From Candidatus Latescibacterota bacterium (GTDB taxonomy: Bacteria > Latescibacterota > UBA2968), in NCBI GenBank assembly GCA_965116885.1, contig OZ220741.1:4896001-4960000 (forward strand): DNA of 64,000 nucleotides, read 5' to 3'. Numbering within the stretch: position 1 is the first letter of the stretch; each line of letters opens with the position of its first letter. The notes under the pieces were generated by a model. That model was not told where the DNA came from. It saw only the letters and a program-made list of their open reading frames with translations, and ran no database searches. The position numbers were made by a program, and so were the translations under genes. Positions 39,724 through 48,781 of this stretch are shown one piece after another.

Positions 39724-40565
39724 TCCTTGATGTCACCCCATGCTTCAAGAAGATCCCAGGCATTCCGATATGTCTCATCCACGATGTTCGAGATGTCTTG
39801 ATCCGACAAATTGGACAGGTTGATGAGATCGGACGAAAAGCCATCACGCACTGCAAGTCGGATATAATCCTGGAATTGAGCTTCAAATGCCTCGATAGCC
39901 GATAGGTCTTCAGCTATTCTGAATCCGTTTAATCCAATAGCCTGAAATAGCTGAGTTTCGATCGCGTGAGCGACAAATGATAGGAAGACCTCCTCAATCT
40001 GTTCAGGTGATAGATCATTCAAATTTTCAATTCCGAACTGGTCTATATCGGCAATTGTCTCCAGCCAAGCATCGCGTGCGATACCTTCATCTATTGACCC
40101 ACCATCCCAACAAATGACATCGGTGAGCCCGAGAAACACGTCCACAGCGGGACGTCCAACCAAATTTTCCAAATTATGCTGCTGCAAGGTCGCGTCAATG
40201 CCGTCCCGCTGAAAACCCTGGAATACCCCAAGCATTCCTCTGGCTGTTGCACGCGAGGAACCCATCCGCCGCGTTGCCCCACCACTTCCACCTGTGCCCA
40301 AATGCACATAGTCACGCACGGCGCGCCGCAGAGCTCCGTGATTATACCCTCCTGATTTAGCAAACGCCGAGAAATTCCTTCGCGCGCCTCGAAATCGAGC
40401 AGGTAGCGGGGCTGGCTCAATTGCTGGTCGCGGTGATTCATCCTGCTGATTGCCTTGATCCTCTGTACCGCCCGACAAGGGTGTGGTGGCACCCGGCTCA
40501 TCAACCCAAGTGGGCACAAGCACTGAGTTCGAATTAGGACCACCTGAAACCCCTGAAGTTCCCAT
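39720..40565 (-). CDS. qatB: Qat anti-phage system protein QatB
   Basis: N-terminal 'MGTSG..GGP...LVPTW', 'DGGSIDEGIARDAWLETI'; lies between the KAP ATPase and the QueC-like gene. Confidence 0.85.
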   Translation of the reverse strand: MGTSGVSGGPNSNSVLVPTWVDEPGATTPLSGGTEDQGNQQDESPRPAIEPAPLPARFRGARRNFSAFAKSGGYNHGALRRAVRDYVHLGTGGSGGATRRMGSSRATARGMLGVFQGFQRDGIDATLQQHNLENLVGRPAVDVFLGLTDVICWDGGSIDEGIARDAWLETIADIDQFGIENLNDLSPEQIEEVFLSFVAHAIETQLFQAIGLNGFRIAEDLSAIEAFEAQFQDYIRLAVRDGFSSDLINLSNLSDQDISNIVDETYRNAWDLLEAWGDIKE

Positions 40566-40581
40566 GACCTTGTTTCCTTGC

Positions 40582-42489
40582 TCAGACTACTGAGGCTAGC
40601 TCAGCGGCTCTTTTGAGAGCACCATTCTCATCTTGAGTTGCCCATTGCGACATTAGGGTGCGTAGCTGTTCCATCGCCGCTGGTTCAGTCAATATTTCGT
40701 TCCAGCCCTTCACAACCCAGATACCAAGCAACTTGGGCTCAATTCCGCCAAGGATACTTAATACTTCCGACTGGAAGCGCGGATGGTGCTTCGCTACGAT
40801 CCTCATTCCATGGAAGCCTGCTGGCTGGGTTGTGAAATCTCCCTGACGCAGGACTCGCTCCCTGAGCAACGCGAATACCTGATCGGTATCGCTCTCCTGA
40901 AGTGCCTTTACCTCGGGCTCAACGCTCCGTACGGCTATTGCCGATCCGCAAAGCGTCGTGATCAATCCTTCCAGACCAGTATGTTCCGGAATATCAGCAA
41001 TCATGCGTTTGTCACGAGCGACAAATACGTATGGTCGCAGATCACGTCCTGCTAACACTGGCTCAATCCTCAGCCAGTGTTCCAGCCACTCTCGTTCCAA
41101 CCACGGCGCAATTGTTTCTTTTAGCGAAGCATCGCTTGTTGACTTTTTTCCTTTCTTCTTCGCAGAGACTTCGGGACTGTCTTTTCTTCTTACTGTCTCT
41201 TCAAGCAATCTCAACTCTGCTGCTAATCCTTTCTCTGCGACCATCACCCATCCTGCCATGTCCTTGTAAAAGTCCGGTTGGAATCGTTCTGCTAACATCA
41301 GCTTGGCCAACACAGCCTGATTGATCGAGTCTCCGAACCCTTGGGCATCTGCAATTGCGTGCCTGATCAGCAGAGAATTCAAGAACCTCTTGATTTGCCG
41401 TGGGTTGCCCTTACTACCCTCTGCAAGAATTGGGCCAATCTGCTGAGCCAAGACATAAGTATCACGAAGCTCGACTTTACGTTCTGGCTCTACCGCTTCG
41501 ACATCTGACTGTCCGATCCCCGATCCCAGCCAGGGTTTGTTGATCCCAGCCTTCGCTGTGCCGAGCAACTCTTGGAATCCCTGGTGCTCTGCACCTACCA
41601 AAGATTCAATTAATAAGAGTGTTACATAGGTTCTGGTCTCCTGTATCCCCAAGGCCGGGATACGGAATGGTACCTGAATCAACTTTTCGAGATAATTCCG
41701 TGCATAAGGCATCGGTCCGGAGACTACGGGTAGTTCTGGAAAATGTTGTCGTACCGCATATTCGATCATTGCCTCATCTGCACCGATTACAAACGCTGTC
41801 CGTGGTACAAATAGAAACAACCGGATTGCTTCCAGAGTATCAATTGCCGTCGCGGGGAGACAGCGATCAAGATCGTCAATCAAGACGACGAGTTGATCAA
41901 TCTTGGCCTTATCTAGCAATTTATTGAAATCTTTTCGAAATTGATGGATTTGCTCCGTAATATGAGCGTCCTCGGCCGGCTTCAGGAATGACATGGCCTC
42001 TTTAAGCTTAGTCTGTATTTCCTCTGGCGATATGGCTCCAGGATTGCCTATCAACGACTTCAGGCTACCTACAACTGCCTCAATCTGATCGGGAGAGGGC
42101 AACCCAGTAGTAAGATTTAGCACGACACTGCTGGCCCGCCTTGCGATCTTTAGCCAATCTACACGTTTTATCAAGCGTGCACCGAGTTCCTTGACCTCTT
42201 CCGACTTCTGGCGTGACAACTCAGTGATTATCGACTCAATCAGCACAGTCTTCGCGTCGTCAAAGCCTTGAAATTCCCATCCATTAAACCAGAGACAGGC
42301 GACCTTTTCGTCTTCGCAAAGTCCCGACTCGATCATCTTGAGTATACTAGACTTGCCTGCCCCCCAATCGCCATGAATTCCTACTGACAATGCCTGCTGA
42401 CGGTTATTTTTTAATAGTTCGATAACGGTGTGTGAGATCGCCTCGTAATTGAGAAAATCTATGGCTGTTTCATGGTCTGGTATCAGCAT
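40582..42489 (-). CDS. qatA: Qat anti-phage system KAP-family P-loop ATPase
   Basis: Walker A 'GDWGAGKSS', Walker B 'VLIDDLDRC', 'YLEKLIQVPF', 'NPRQIKRFLN'. Confidence 0.92.
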   Translation of the reverse strand: MLIPDHETAIDFLNYEAISHTVIELLKNNRQQALSVGIHGDWGAGKSSILKMIESGLCEDEKVACLWFNGWEFQGFDDAKTVLIESIITELSRQKSEEVKELGARLIKRVDWLKIARRASSVVLNLTTGLPSPDQIEAVVGSLKSLIGNPGAISPEEIQTKLKEAMSFLKPAEDAHITEQIHQFRKDFNKLLDKAKIDQLVVLIDDLDRCLPATAIDTLEAIRLFLFVPRTAFVIGADEAMIEYAVRQHFPELPVVSGPMPYARNYLEKLIQVPFRIPALGIQETRTYVTLLLIESLVGAEHQGFQELLGTAKAGINKPWLGSGIGQSDVEAVEPERKVELRDTYVLAQQIGPILAEGSKGNPRQIKRFLNSLLIRHAIADAQGFGDSINQAVLAKLMLAERFQPDFYKDMAGWVMVAEKGLAAELRLLEETVRRKDSPEVSAKKKGKKSTSDASLKETIAPWLEREWLEHWLRIEPVLAGRDLRPYVFVARDKRMIADIPEHTGLEGLITTLCGSAIAVRSVEPEVKALQESDTDQVFALLRERVLRQGDFTTQPAGFHGMRIVAKHHPRFQSEVLSILGGIEPKLLGIWVVKGWNEILTEPAAMEQLRTLMSQWATQDENGALKRAAELASVV

Positions 42490-42593
42490 TTTTTAGAATA
42501 TTACTCCTCATCATTGTAAAGTGTAGTTTAGGATCGAATATATCAGAGTGCTAGACTCCAAGTCTTTAATCTTGGTTCAAGCGCTCTTGAGCC

Positions 42594-42668
42594 TTAGCGT
42601 AGTGTCAACCTCAAGTCGTCCTCCGCAGCTACATTGTCTTTGTGTGAATATGAAATGAATACCTTCAT
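42594..42668 (-). pseudogene. 24-codon chimeric remnant: TIR-domain N-terminus + AlbA-ATPase C-terminus
   Basis: GAGGA RBS then MKVFISYSHKDNVAAEDDLRLTLR*GS; the tail matches ATEDYLRLTLRRGS of the 32712-33959 protein. Confidence 0.6.
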
Positions 42669-42979
42669 TGGACTGGTCCTCGATTTCGTTTAGTGCTTCT
42701 TGTCGATTGGAGAAAATCTTTCGCAGCCCTATACGAATATTTATAGAGCGTTTTAATACACAAAAAAAGCCATGTAGTTTTTCTTTTTAGACCATTGAAT
42801 ATACCTAATCTTCACGTATCTGGCAAAACTGAAGCCATAAAGAGAGAGCCTCTTATATCTTAAAAGGCGCGTTCTTCAAGGTTGTTGATGATCAGGAGGG
42901 TAAAACACTGAGATTAGTGGGGATATAGGGAAGCAGTTCAGTGACTTGTGAGATGGAAGGTAGTCCTGTCTCTGGGAAG

Positions 42980-43010
42980 GAAATATCCGAGATTTTATCT
43001 CGGATATTTC
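42980..43010. other. Perfect 14-bp inverted repeat (terminator-like or binding site)
   Basis: gaaatatccgagat-ttt-atctcggatatttc, about 40 nt downstream of the 43049 stop. Confidence 0.7.
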
Positions 43011-43046
43011 AGAGTGACGGAAATCCGACTTGATGTGTTTCGGTTA

Positions 43047-43093
43047 GACTACCCCTGACACAACTCAGCTATCATCGCCGCATTTTCACCGAG
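43047..43093. repeat. 47-bp diverged direct repeat, copy 2 (3' end of the resident gene)
   Basis: gactacccctgacacaactcagctatcatcgccgcattttcaccgag. Confidence 0.85.
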
Positions 43094-43894
43094 TTGGTCG
43101 TTAAATTTTTGATACATCCCCACCAGAAGAACATCATTGGGTTTGACATTTTTTAGGGTAAAGGCAAATTCCTCGCGGATCTGATTTTTGGAATTAATAG
43201 CGCGCCCAGCAGCGAGAACTTTGAAAGTAATGCACGGTTTGTCAGTACTGCGAATAATACCACACATGCGATCTCGGTGTTCGCGGAGATAGATCTCACT
43301 CAAGGGTTGATGACCAAATTTTTGTTCAAACTCTTCGCGTGCGCCCTGCAAATAATACAACGCGGTCATGTAATAGTCGATATCCCAATCTTCTTCTTCA
43401 GCAATCTCAATAATGCGGGGATTGTGTACCGACAAACCAACCATAACACCCGTGTCGCGGATACGCTTGAGAATATCTCGAAGATAGTCCAGGCGATTTT
43501 CCTGAAAGCACCGCCCGGCAACACCACTTCCATGGGGCGCCATGCCAATGGGATTGTGCTTAGCGGCTTCGCCAATCAGTGAGGGATCGTCATACCAGTG
43601 TCCACCTCTGCTGAGACAAAAGTAATGAATCGTACCTCCCTCATCGCGGTATCGCTGAAGATCGGCAGCCGAGCGTTCGGTAAGCGTATTTTGCCAGGCA
43701 TTCACACCCACCTCTTCTGCGCGGCGCAAAGTCGCCATAACCTGATCGGATGTATTGGCTTCTTGCTGATGTTGCGAAAGCAACTGATTAAAATGTGCAT
43801 ATCCATAGATCGGATTATCGCCCATAATGAGGCGACTGATCTGATATTGTCCAAATTGAACCGTTGGAAGATTTATCGTATTTGATACTGACAT
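43049..43894 (-). CDS. Aldo/keto reductase-like TIM-barrel protein
   Basis: 'LPTVQFGQYQISRLIMG', 'VGLSVHNP', 'FKVLAAGR'. Confidence 0.6.
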   Translation of the reverse strand: MSVSNTINLPTVQFGQYQISRLIMGDNPIYGYAHFNQLLSQHQQEANTSDQVMATLRRAEEVGVNAWQNTLTERSAADLQRYRDEGGTIHYFCLSRGGHWYDDPSLIGEAAKHNPIGMAPHGSGVAGRCFQENRLDYLRDILKRIRDTGVMVGLSVHNPRIIEIAEEEDWDIDYYMTALYYLQGAREEFEQKFGHQPLSEIYLREHRDRMCGIIRSTDKPCITFKVLAAGRAINSKNQIREEFAFTLKNVKPNDVLLVGMYQKFNDQLGENAAMIAELCQG

Positions 43895-43954
43895 GTTATT
43901 GCTCCCTCGTTTTACTTACAGCAGGATCCCCATCTTCTTCAAATGCCCCTCAAC

Positions 43955-44344
43955 TCAGTAATAAGCCTCTACGAAAAAACTGCCTGAGCATGGTGCGGAA
44001 TCTGTTTTTGTAAAACTTCCTGTTCGTGTTTCGCCTTTGTCTATCGAAAAAGAAGCGGTTGTCCATCTACCCTCTGCGCTTGCAATCCGAACAGTGTAAC
44101 TACTCTCGCAAGCGTTTTGCATGGTGTATGAAAATACACCTCTCGTATCCGAGCATTCCTCTATACGAACAGTAACCGAAATACAGTCGCTCTTTTGAAA
44201 AAATGCACGGCTACCGCCACCAGACTCAGGGGCTGTGGGATAGTCCTCCCACCCTACACATCGCCCTGTTTCTGGGTCTCTCTCACAGCAACCAACAAGC
44301 ACAAACATCGCAAGTATCGGCAAGGTCAACTTTAAGAACGACAC
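43955..44344 (-). CDS. Small Cys-rich hypothetical lipoprotein
   Basis: Lipobox 'LVGC', AGGAG RBS, GTG start. Confidence 0.55.
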   Translation of the reverse strand: MSFLKLTLPILAMFVLVGCCERDPETGRCVGWEDYPTAPESGGGSRAFFQKSDCISVTVRIEECSDTRGVFSYTMQNACESSYTVRIASAEGRWTTASFSIDKGETRTGSFTKTDSAPCSGSFFVEAYY

Positions 44345-44437
44345 GGCCAGGTCTCCTATTTTCTGGCTCTTTCAAGCAGCGATGAATAGAGTTGGGATTT
44401 TTTTACAGCCATTTTTCAGTCCTCTTACATCAAGCAC

Positions 44438-45505
44438 TCAATCAAACACCAGCACCGTGCGCGCCACTTTCCCCTGCACCATATCTTCAAACGCCTCATT
44501 GATCTCATCCAGCGGGCGAAAGCGCGATATCAACTCATCCAATTTAATCTTCCCCTGCCGATAGAGATCCAGAATCCACAAAAAATCAACGCGGGCGCGG
44601 GCAGCGCCGTGCCACGACCCCATAATGGCGCGGTCGCGCAAAAGATCTGTGCCATCGACAGATATATCCTCTCCAGTCGGCTGCACCCCCACCACAATCG
44701 CGGCTCCTGTCATCCGAACCGACGCAAACGCCTGCTTCACCAACGCGGGAAACCCGACGACCTCAAACGCATAATCCGCCCCACCATCCGTAATCTCCAT
44801 AATCCTTTGAACGGGATCTTCCCTATCCGCATTCACAAAATGCGTCGCCCCAAACTGCTCCGCCAACTCCAGCTTATACGGCACATTATCCACCGCGATA
44901 ATCTTCCCCGCCGAAGCGAGAACACCCCCTTGAATAACATTGAGACCAACGCCCCCACAGCCGAACACAGCCATTGTCGCGCCCGCTTCCACCTTCGCGC
45001 GATTCACCACAGCACCGATACCCGTAATCACCCCGCAACTAATCAGACACGCTACCCGAAGATCTGTATCATCCGGCACCTTCACACACGCATCCGCCAA
45101 AACAACCGACTGCTCGGTATAAGTGGGCCGTCCGTGGTGATAAATCGTCCCATTTTTGGAAATCCGACTCGGCAAACCCCCTTGATGTGTCTCACAAAGC
45201 GCCGGACTGCCCTCGCTGCAATTCCGACAATAGCCACACATCGCGTCGAGAGAAAGAACAATCTTGTCCCCAACCTGAACACTGGTCACGCCGGGACCAA
45301 CTTCCCTGACAACACCCGCGCCCTCGTGTCCCATAACCCAGGGAAGTGCGCGAGGCCTGACATGCCCATCCACATAGTGATAATCGCTGTGACAAACCCC
45401 TGCCCCGACAATATCGAGAAGCACTTCTCCCTCATGAGGAGACTCGATATCCACATCTTCGACAGAAACACGAGTATGGGGTTTATGGAGAATAGCTGCT
45501 TTCAT
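44438..45505 (-). CDS. Zn-dependent alcohol dehydrogenase (class III-like)
   Basis: 'GVCHSD', 'GHEGAG', 'CGYCRNC...C', 'GCGGVG'. Confidence 0.92.
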   Translation of the reverse strand: MKAAILHKPHTRVSVEDVDIESPHEGEVLLDIVGAGVCHSDYHYVDGHVRPRALPWVMGHEGAGVVREVGPGVTSVQVGDKIVLSLDAMCGYCRNCSEGSPALCETHQGGLPSRISKNGTIYHHGRPTYTEQSVVLADACVKVPDDTDLRVACLISCGVITGIGAVVNRAKVEAGATMAVFGCGGVGLNVIQGGVLASAGKIIAVDNVPYKLELAEQFGATHFVNADREDPVQRIMEITDGGADYAFEVVGFPALVKQAFASVRMTGAAIVVGVQPTGEDISVDGTDLLRDRAIMGSWHGAARARVDFLWILDLYRQGKIKLDELISRFRPLDEINEAFEDMVQGKVARTVLVFD

Positions 45506-46827
45506 TTTTTGCTCCTATGGCTAAAATGCAAAAGATCCCGCTCTAAAAGTGCCGCCCATGCGAGCAACTCTTCATCGCGGTGAAACGGGGCGACAAACTG
45601 AATCCCCAGCGGCATCCCCGAATCGGACGCGCGCCCTGCGGGCAAAGCGATCACTGGCATACCCGTGTGGGTCCACGGCAAATTCATACAGGGATCGCCC
45701 GTACTCGCCAACCCTTTCAAAGCCGGACCCGTCGCCGCCGGACAGGCAAGGAGATCTATCCCCTCCTTCTTCATCAAAGACTCCACCTCTTCGCGCAGTT
45801 CCATACGCCCCATTCGACCCGCATCGATCTCGGATTGCGAAAGCGCACGTCCCTCCTCGACCAGCGCGCGCGTACCCGCATCATAAGTCGAGGCGTACTT
45901 ATCAAACCACGGCGCGTGGACCTCCGCCATCTCTCCCTTCATCATATTGCGATGCCTGTCATTGATATCGTCAATATCGTCGAGCATCCGCACTTCCCTG
46001 ACATTGTACCCCACCGTTCTAAGAGCCTGTATCTGCGCGTCAAAATCCACCCGCGCTCGTGGTTCTGTCTGATCCAAATAGGGACCTGCTGGTATTCCCA
46101 ACGTCGGCTTTTCCGACCGCGTAACCGAAGCGCGCCATCCGCTACACAAAACAGCGGCTGCCATCTCCATACCCGCAACATCCTGCGTAAACATCCCGAT
46201 CGTATCGACCGAAGAAGAGCAATGAACAAACCCGGAAATATCGATACGCGCATAACTCGGCTTAAAGCCAACAATCCCGCAAAACGCAGCCGGACGGATA
46301 ACCGAACCAATAGTCTGCGAGCCGAGCGAGAGAGGACAATATCCTGCCGCCACCGCAGCAGCCGAACCGCTACTCGACCCACCGGGTGTAAAACTCAGGT
46401 TTCGCGGATTGCGCGTAGGTCCCGGCTTAAAACACGCAAACTCAGTCGTAACCGATTTGCCGAGCACCATAGCACCCGCCTCCCGCAGCGCCCTTAAGCA
46501 CCCACCTTCGGGACCCGTGAGAACCTCTGGCGGCACACCAGAACCCGCCCGCGTCTCAAACCCCTCAACATGAAAAATATCTTTAACCCCAACCAAAATA
46601 CCAAACAACGGCGGAATCTCACCACCACTCGCAAGCTCAGCAACATCATCCAACACACGTTGCAGGCGATTCGCCTCTGGCAACATCGCCCGGATATCCC
46701 CATCCCATTCATCTATGCGTTTGCAACACTCCGCAACGTACGCCTCCAAATCCCGCTGTCCAGAACGCAACTCAGCAGCAGTTTGAGCCAGTGGATGCGC
46801 CGCTGTTTTTTCACTCTTCATTTGCAT
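45502..46827 (-). CDS. Amidase signature family protein
   Basis: 'GVKD', 'TPGGSSSGSAAAVAAG', 'GSQTIGSVIRPAAFCG'; start reassigned to MQMKSE. Confidence 0.9.
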   Translation of the reverse strand: MQMKSEKTAAHPLAQTAAELRSGQRDLEAYVAECCKRIDEWDGDIRAMLPEANRLQRVLDDVAELASGGEIPPLFGILVGVKDIFHVEGFETRAGSGVPPEVLTGPEGGCLRALREAGAMVLGKSVTTEFACFKPGPTRNPRNLSFTPGGSSSGSAAAVAAGYCPLSLGSQTIGSVIRPAAFCGIVGFKPSYARIDISGFVHCSSSVDTIGMFTQDVAGMEMAAAVLCSGWRASVTRSEKPTLGIPAGPYLDQTEPRARVDFDAQIQALRTVGYNVREVRMLDDIDDINDRHRNMMKGEMAEVHAPWFDKYASTYDAGTRALVEEGRALSQSEIDAGRMGRMELREEVESLMKKEGIDLLACPAATGPALKGLASTGDPCMNLPWTHTGMPVIALPAGRASDSGMPLGIQFVAPFHRDEELLAWAALLERDLLHFSHRSKK

Positions 46828-46840
46828 AATCCCCAAAAAC

Positions 46841-48772
46841 TTACCAACCGTTAATTTTATGGCCCTGACCGGGAAACCAGATAAAATCCACAATAGCACC
46901 GCAGGCAATCGCCGCCAAAAAACCGACCACGAACCCCATAAAAAGCGGCGTATTGCGTCGGTAACTCTCAAGACCGCCAAAGCGCAAAATCAATGTCTTG
47001 CACACCCACACAATAAAAATCGACGAAATACCACTGCGCAAAACATCGGATGCCGAAATCGCAAAACCGATGGGATGCAGTGCAATCCCCGGAAAACGGT
47101 AGCGAAGCGCGTACAGCCCCAGCGTAAAAATCGCGCCAAACCCCAGCCAACCCAGACGCATCCAGTCCGTCTCTAACGCATTGCTTCGAATGCGGTTGGC
47201 AGTCAAAAGCCACACCCCAATCCCCCCATCACCCGAGCCATTAAAACTCACACTGCCAAAATTATAACTCCCCACCGTGTAATTGCCCTGATAAATGATA
47301 AACACAAAAACCGCCAGCGCGCCAGCGATAAACGCCATGCCCACAGCAGGCGGCACAAGCCTCCGACGACTGAGACTCATTGCCCCGCCAAGACGCGGAA
47401 TATGCGCCAGCGTTGTCACGCCAATCGTCTTCGCATCGGCGAAAAACGTGTACGCCAGACCGAGCGCCATCGCATTCATCGGCCCAATACCCGTTATCCC
47501 CAAAACATGCCAGGTAAAAGCCTGTGCGGTAATCGGCGTTCGCAAATAAATCAGCCCCGTCTCCACAATAATGCGCGCCAGCCCGAGGTAAAGCACCAGC
47601 GTGGCACTCCAAAAAGCCAGTGCTGCCCATCCCGAAAGCCCGAGTGCCCAGAAAAACAACACACTGAACAGAACACATCCCAGAAAAACAAATACCGCCG
47701 TGCGATACGAAAAAAGCTCACCCGAATCATCCACATCGCCCCCACGCGAAGTAAACGCCTTCCGAAAAACCGCAGACAAATGATCTCGCGCAACCCACAG
47801 CCCCCATAACACAAATGCCAGCAACCCGCCAAAACTCTGCCATCCCACGGCCGGATGGTAAGAACACCACGGATCGGGCGACCCCATCTCAAATCCCAAA
47901 CGATTCATCAACCCCACTTGCAACACCATCACCAGATGGAAAAACCAGATGCTAAACAGCACATTGGACTCCGTAAAATAGCCAAACGCAATCGTCAGGG
48001 GATTCGTCTTAAACCGCAGATAGGGAAATCCCTCGCCGATAAAAATTTGCCGATCAATATTCGCCTGAAGCGGCGGAATCAACTCGGTAAACCAGGAAAC
48101 GATATCCCATGAAAAAACCAAAAAAGCCACAAAAAAACCGATCTTGAAACGCGGATTGCGCAACAATTCCATCAGCGTGCCCCGTTGCCCGTGTTCGCCA
48201 GTGAGTTCCAGAAGACCAGCAGCCAGAGGAAAAGGCAAACGCTCGTAATCCATCCACTGCCGCCGAAAGATCACCATAAGACACAAATTGGCAGCATAAA
48301 ATGCCAAAAAGAAACACCCCCACCAGAAAAGTGGAACGATCCAGCTTCCCCAGGGAAAAGCCGCTCCTGCCGGCAACCCCTCGTAAAAAGCAACCGCGGC
48401 GTGGTGATCGGAAACCACAGACCAATCGGACAAACGCGTAAGCAGTGTATCGACCCAGCCATTTTCGGTAGAGGCAAAATAGATTGGCGCTGTAATCACA
48501 CCCAGAAAATATCCCGCAAGCCACTCGCCCTGCGTCAGTGCAGAAACCATCCCCATCGAAGCGATGAGAATAAGTTCAGAAGGCGTAAGCCCCTTACTTT
48601 TGCGAGAAAAATAGAGATTTACCAACAACAATACGAGAAAAGGAAGGAGAATTGCAACGGAGAGATGCGCGTAATCTGCACGCGCAGATCGGAGGATATA
48701 CGTGGTATAAGAAGGCCATAAACTGACGAGGACAGATATGAACAATCCGATGAGAAAGGCGCGTACCGTCAT
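46841..48772 (-). CDS. DUF6785/DUF6784-type polytopic membrane protein (second paralog)
   Basis: 'YFASTENGW', 'RRQWMDYERLPFP', 'RIIVETG', 'LHPIGF'; same motif order as 17543-19495. Confidence 0.7.
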   Translation of the reverse strand: MTVRAFLIGLFISVLVSLWPSYTTYILRSARADYAHLSVAILLPFLVLLLVNLYFSRKSKGLTPSELILIASMGMVSALTQGEWLAGYFLGVITAPIYFASTENGWVDTLLTRLSDWSVVSDHHAAVAFYEGLPAGAAFPWGSWIVPLFWWGCFFLAFYAANLCLMVIFRRQWMDYERLPFPLAAGLLELTGEHGQRGTLMELLRNPRFKIGFFVAFLVFSWDIVSWFTELIPPLQANIDRQIFIGEGFPYLRFKTNPLTIAFGYFTESNVLFSIWFFHLVMVLQVGLMNRLGFEMGSPDPWCSYHPAVGWQSFGGLLAFVLWGLWVARDHLSAVFRKAFTSRGGDVDDSGELFSYRTAVFVFLGCVLFSVLFFWALGLSGWAALAFWSATLVLYLGLARIIVETGLIYLRTPITAQAFTWHVLGITGIGPMNAMALGLAYTFFADAKTIGVTTLAHIPRLGGAMSLSRRRLVPPAVGMAFIAGALAVFVFIIYQGNYTVGSYNFGSVSFNGSGDGGIGVWLLTANRIRSNALETDWMRLGWLGFGAIFTLGLYALRYRFPGIALHPIGFAISASDVLRSGISSIFIVWVCKTLILRFGGLESYRRNTPLFMGFVVGFLAAIACGAIVDFIWFPGQGHKINGW

Positions 48773-48781
48773 AAAACTTCC

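Noticed and set aside
44609..46497. 324-aa and 305-aa plus-strand ORFs
   Set aside because: Antisense to well-supported ADH and amidase genes; the same applies to 12970-13995, 5157-6014 and 52237-53013
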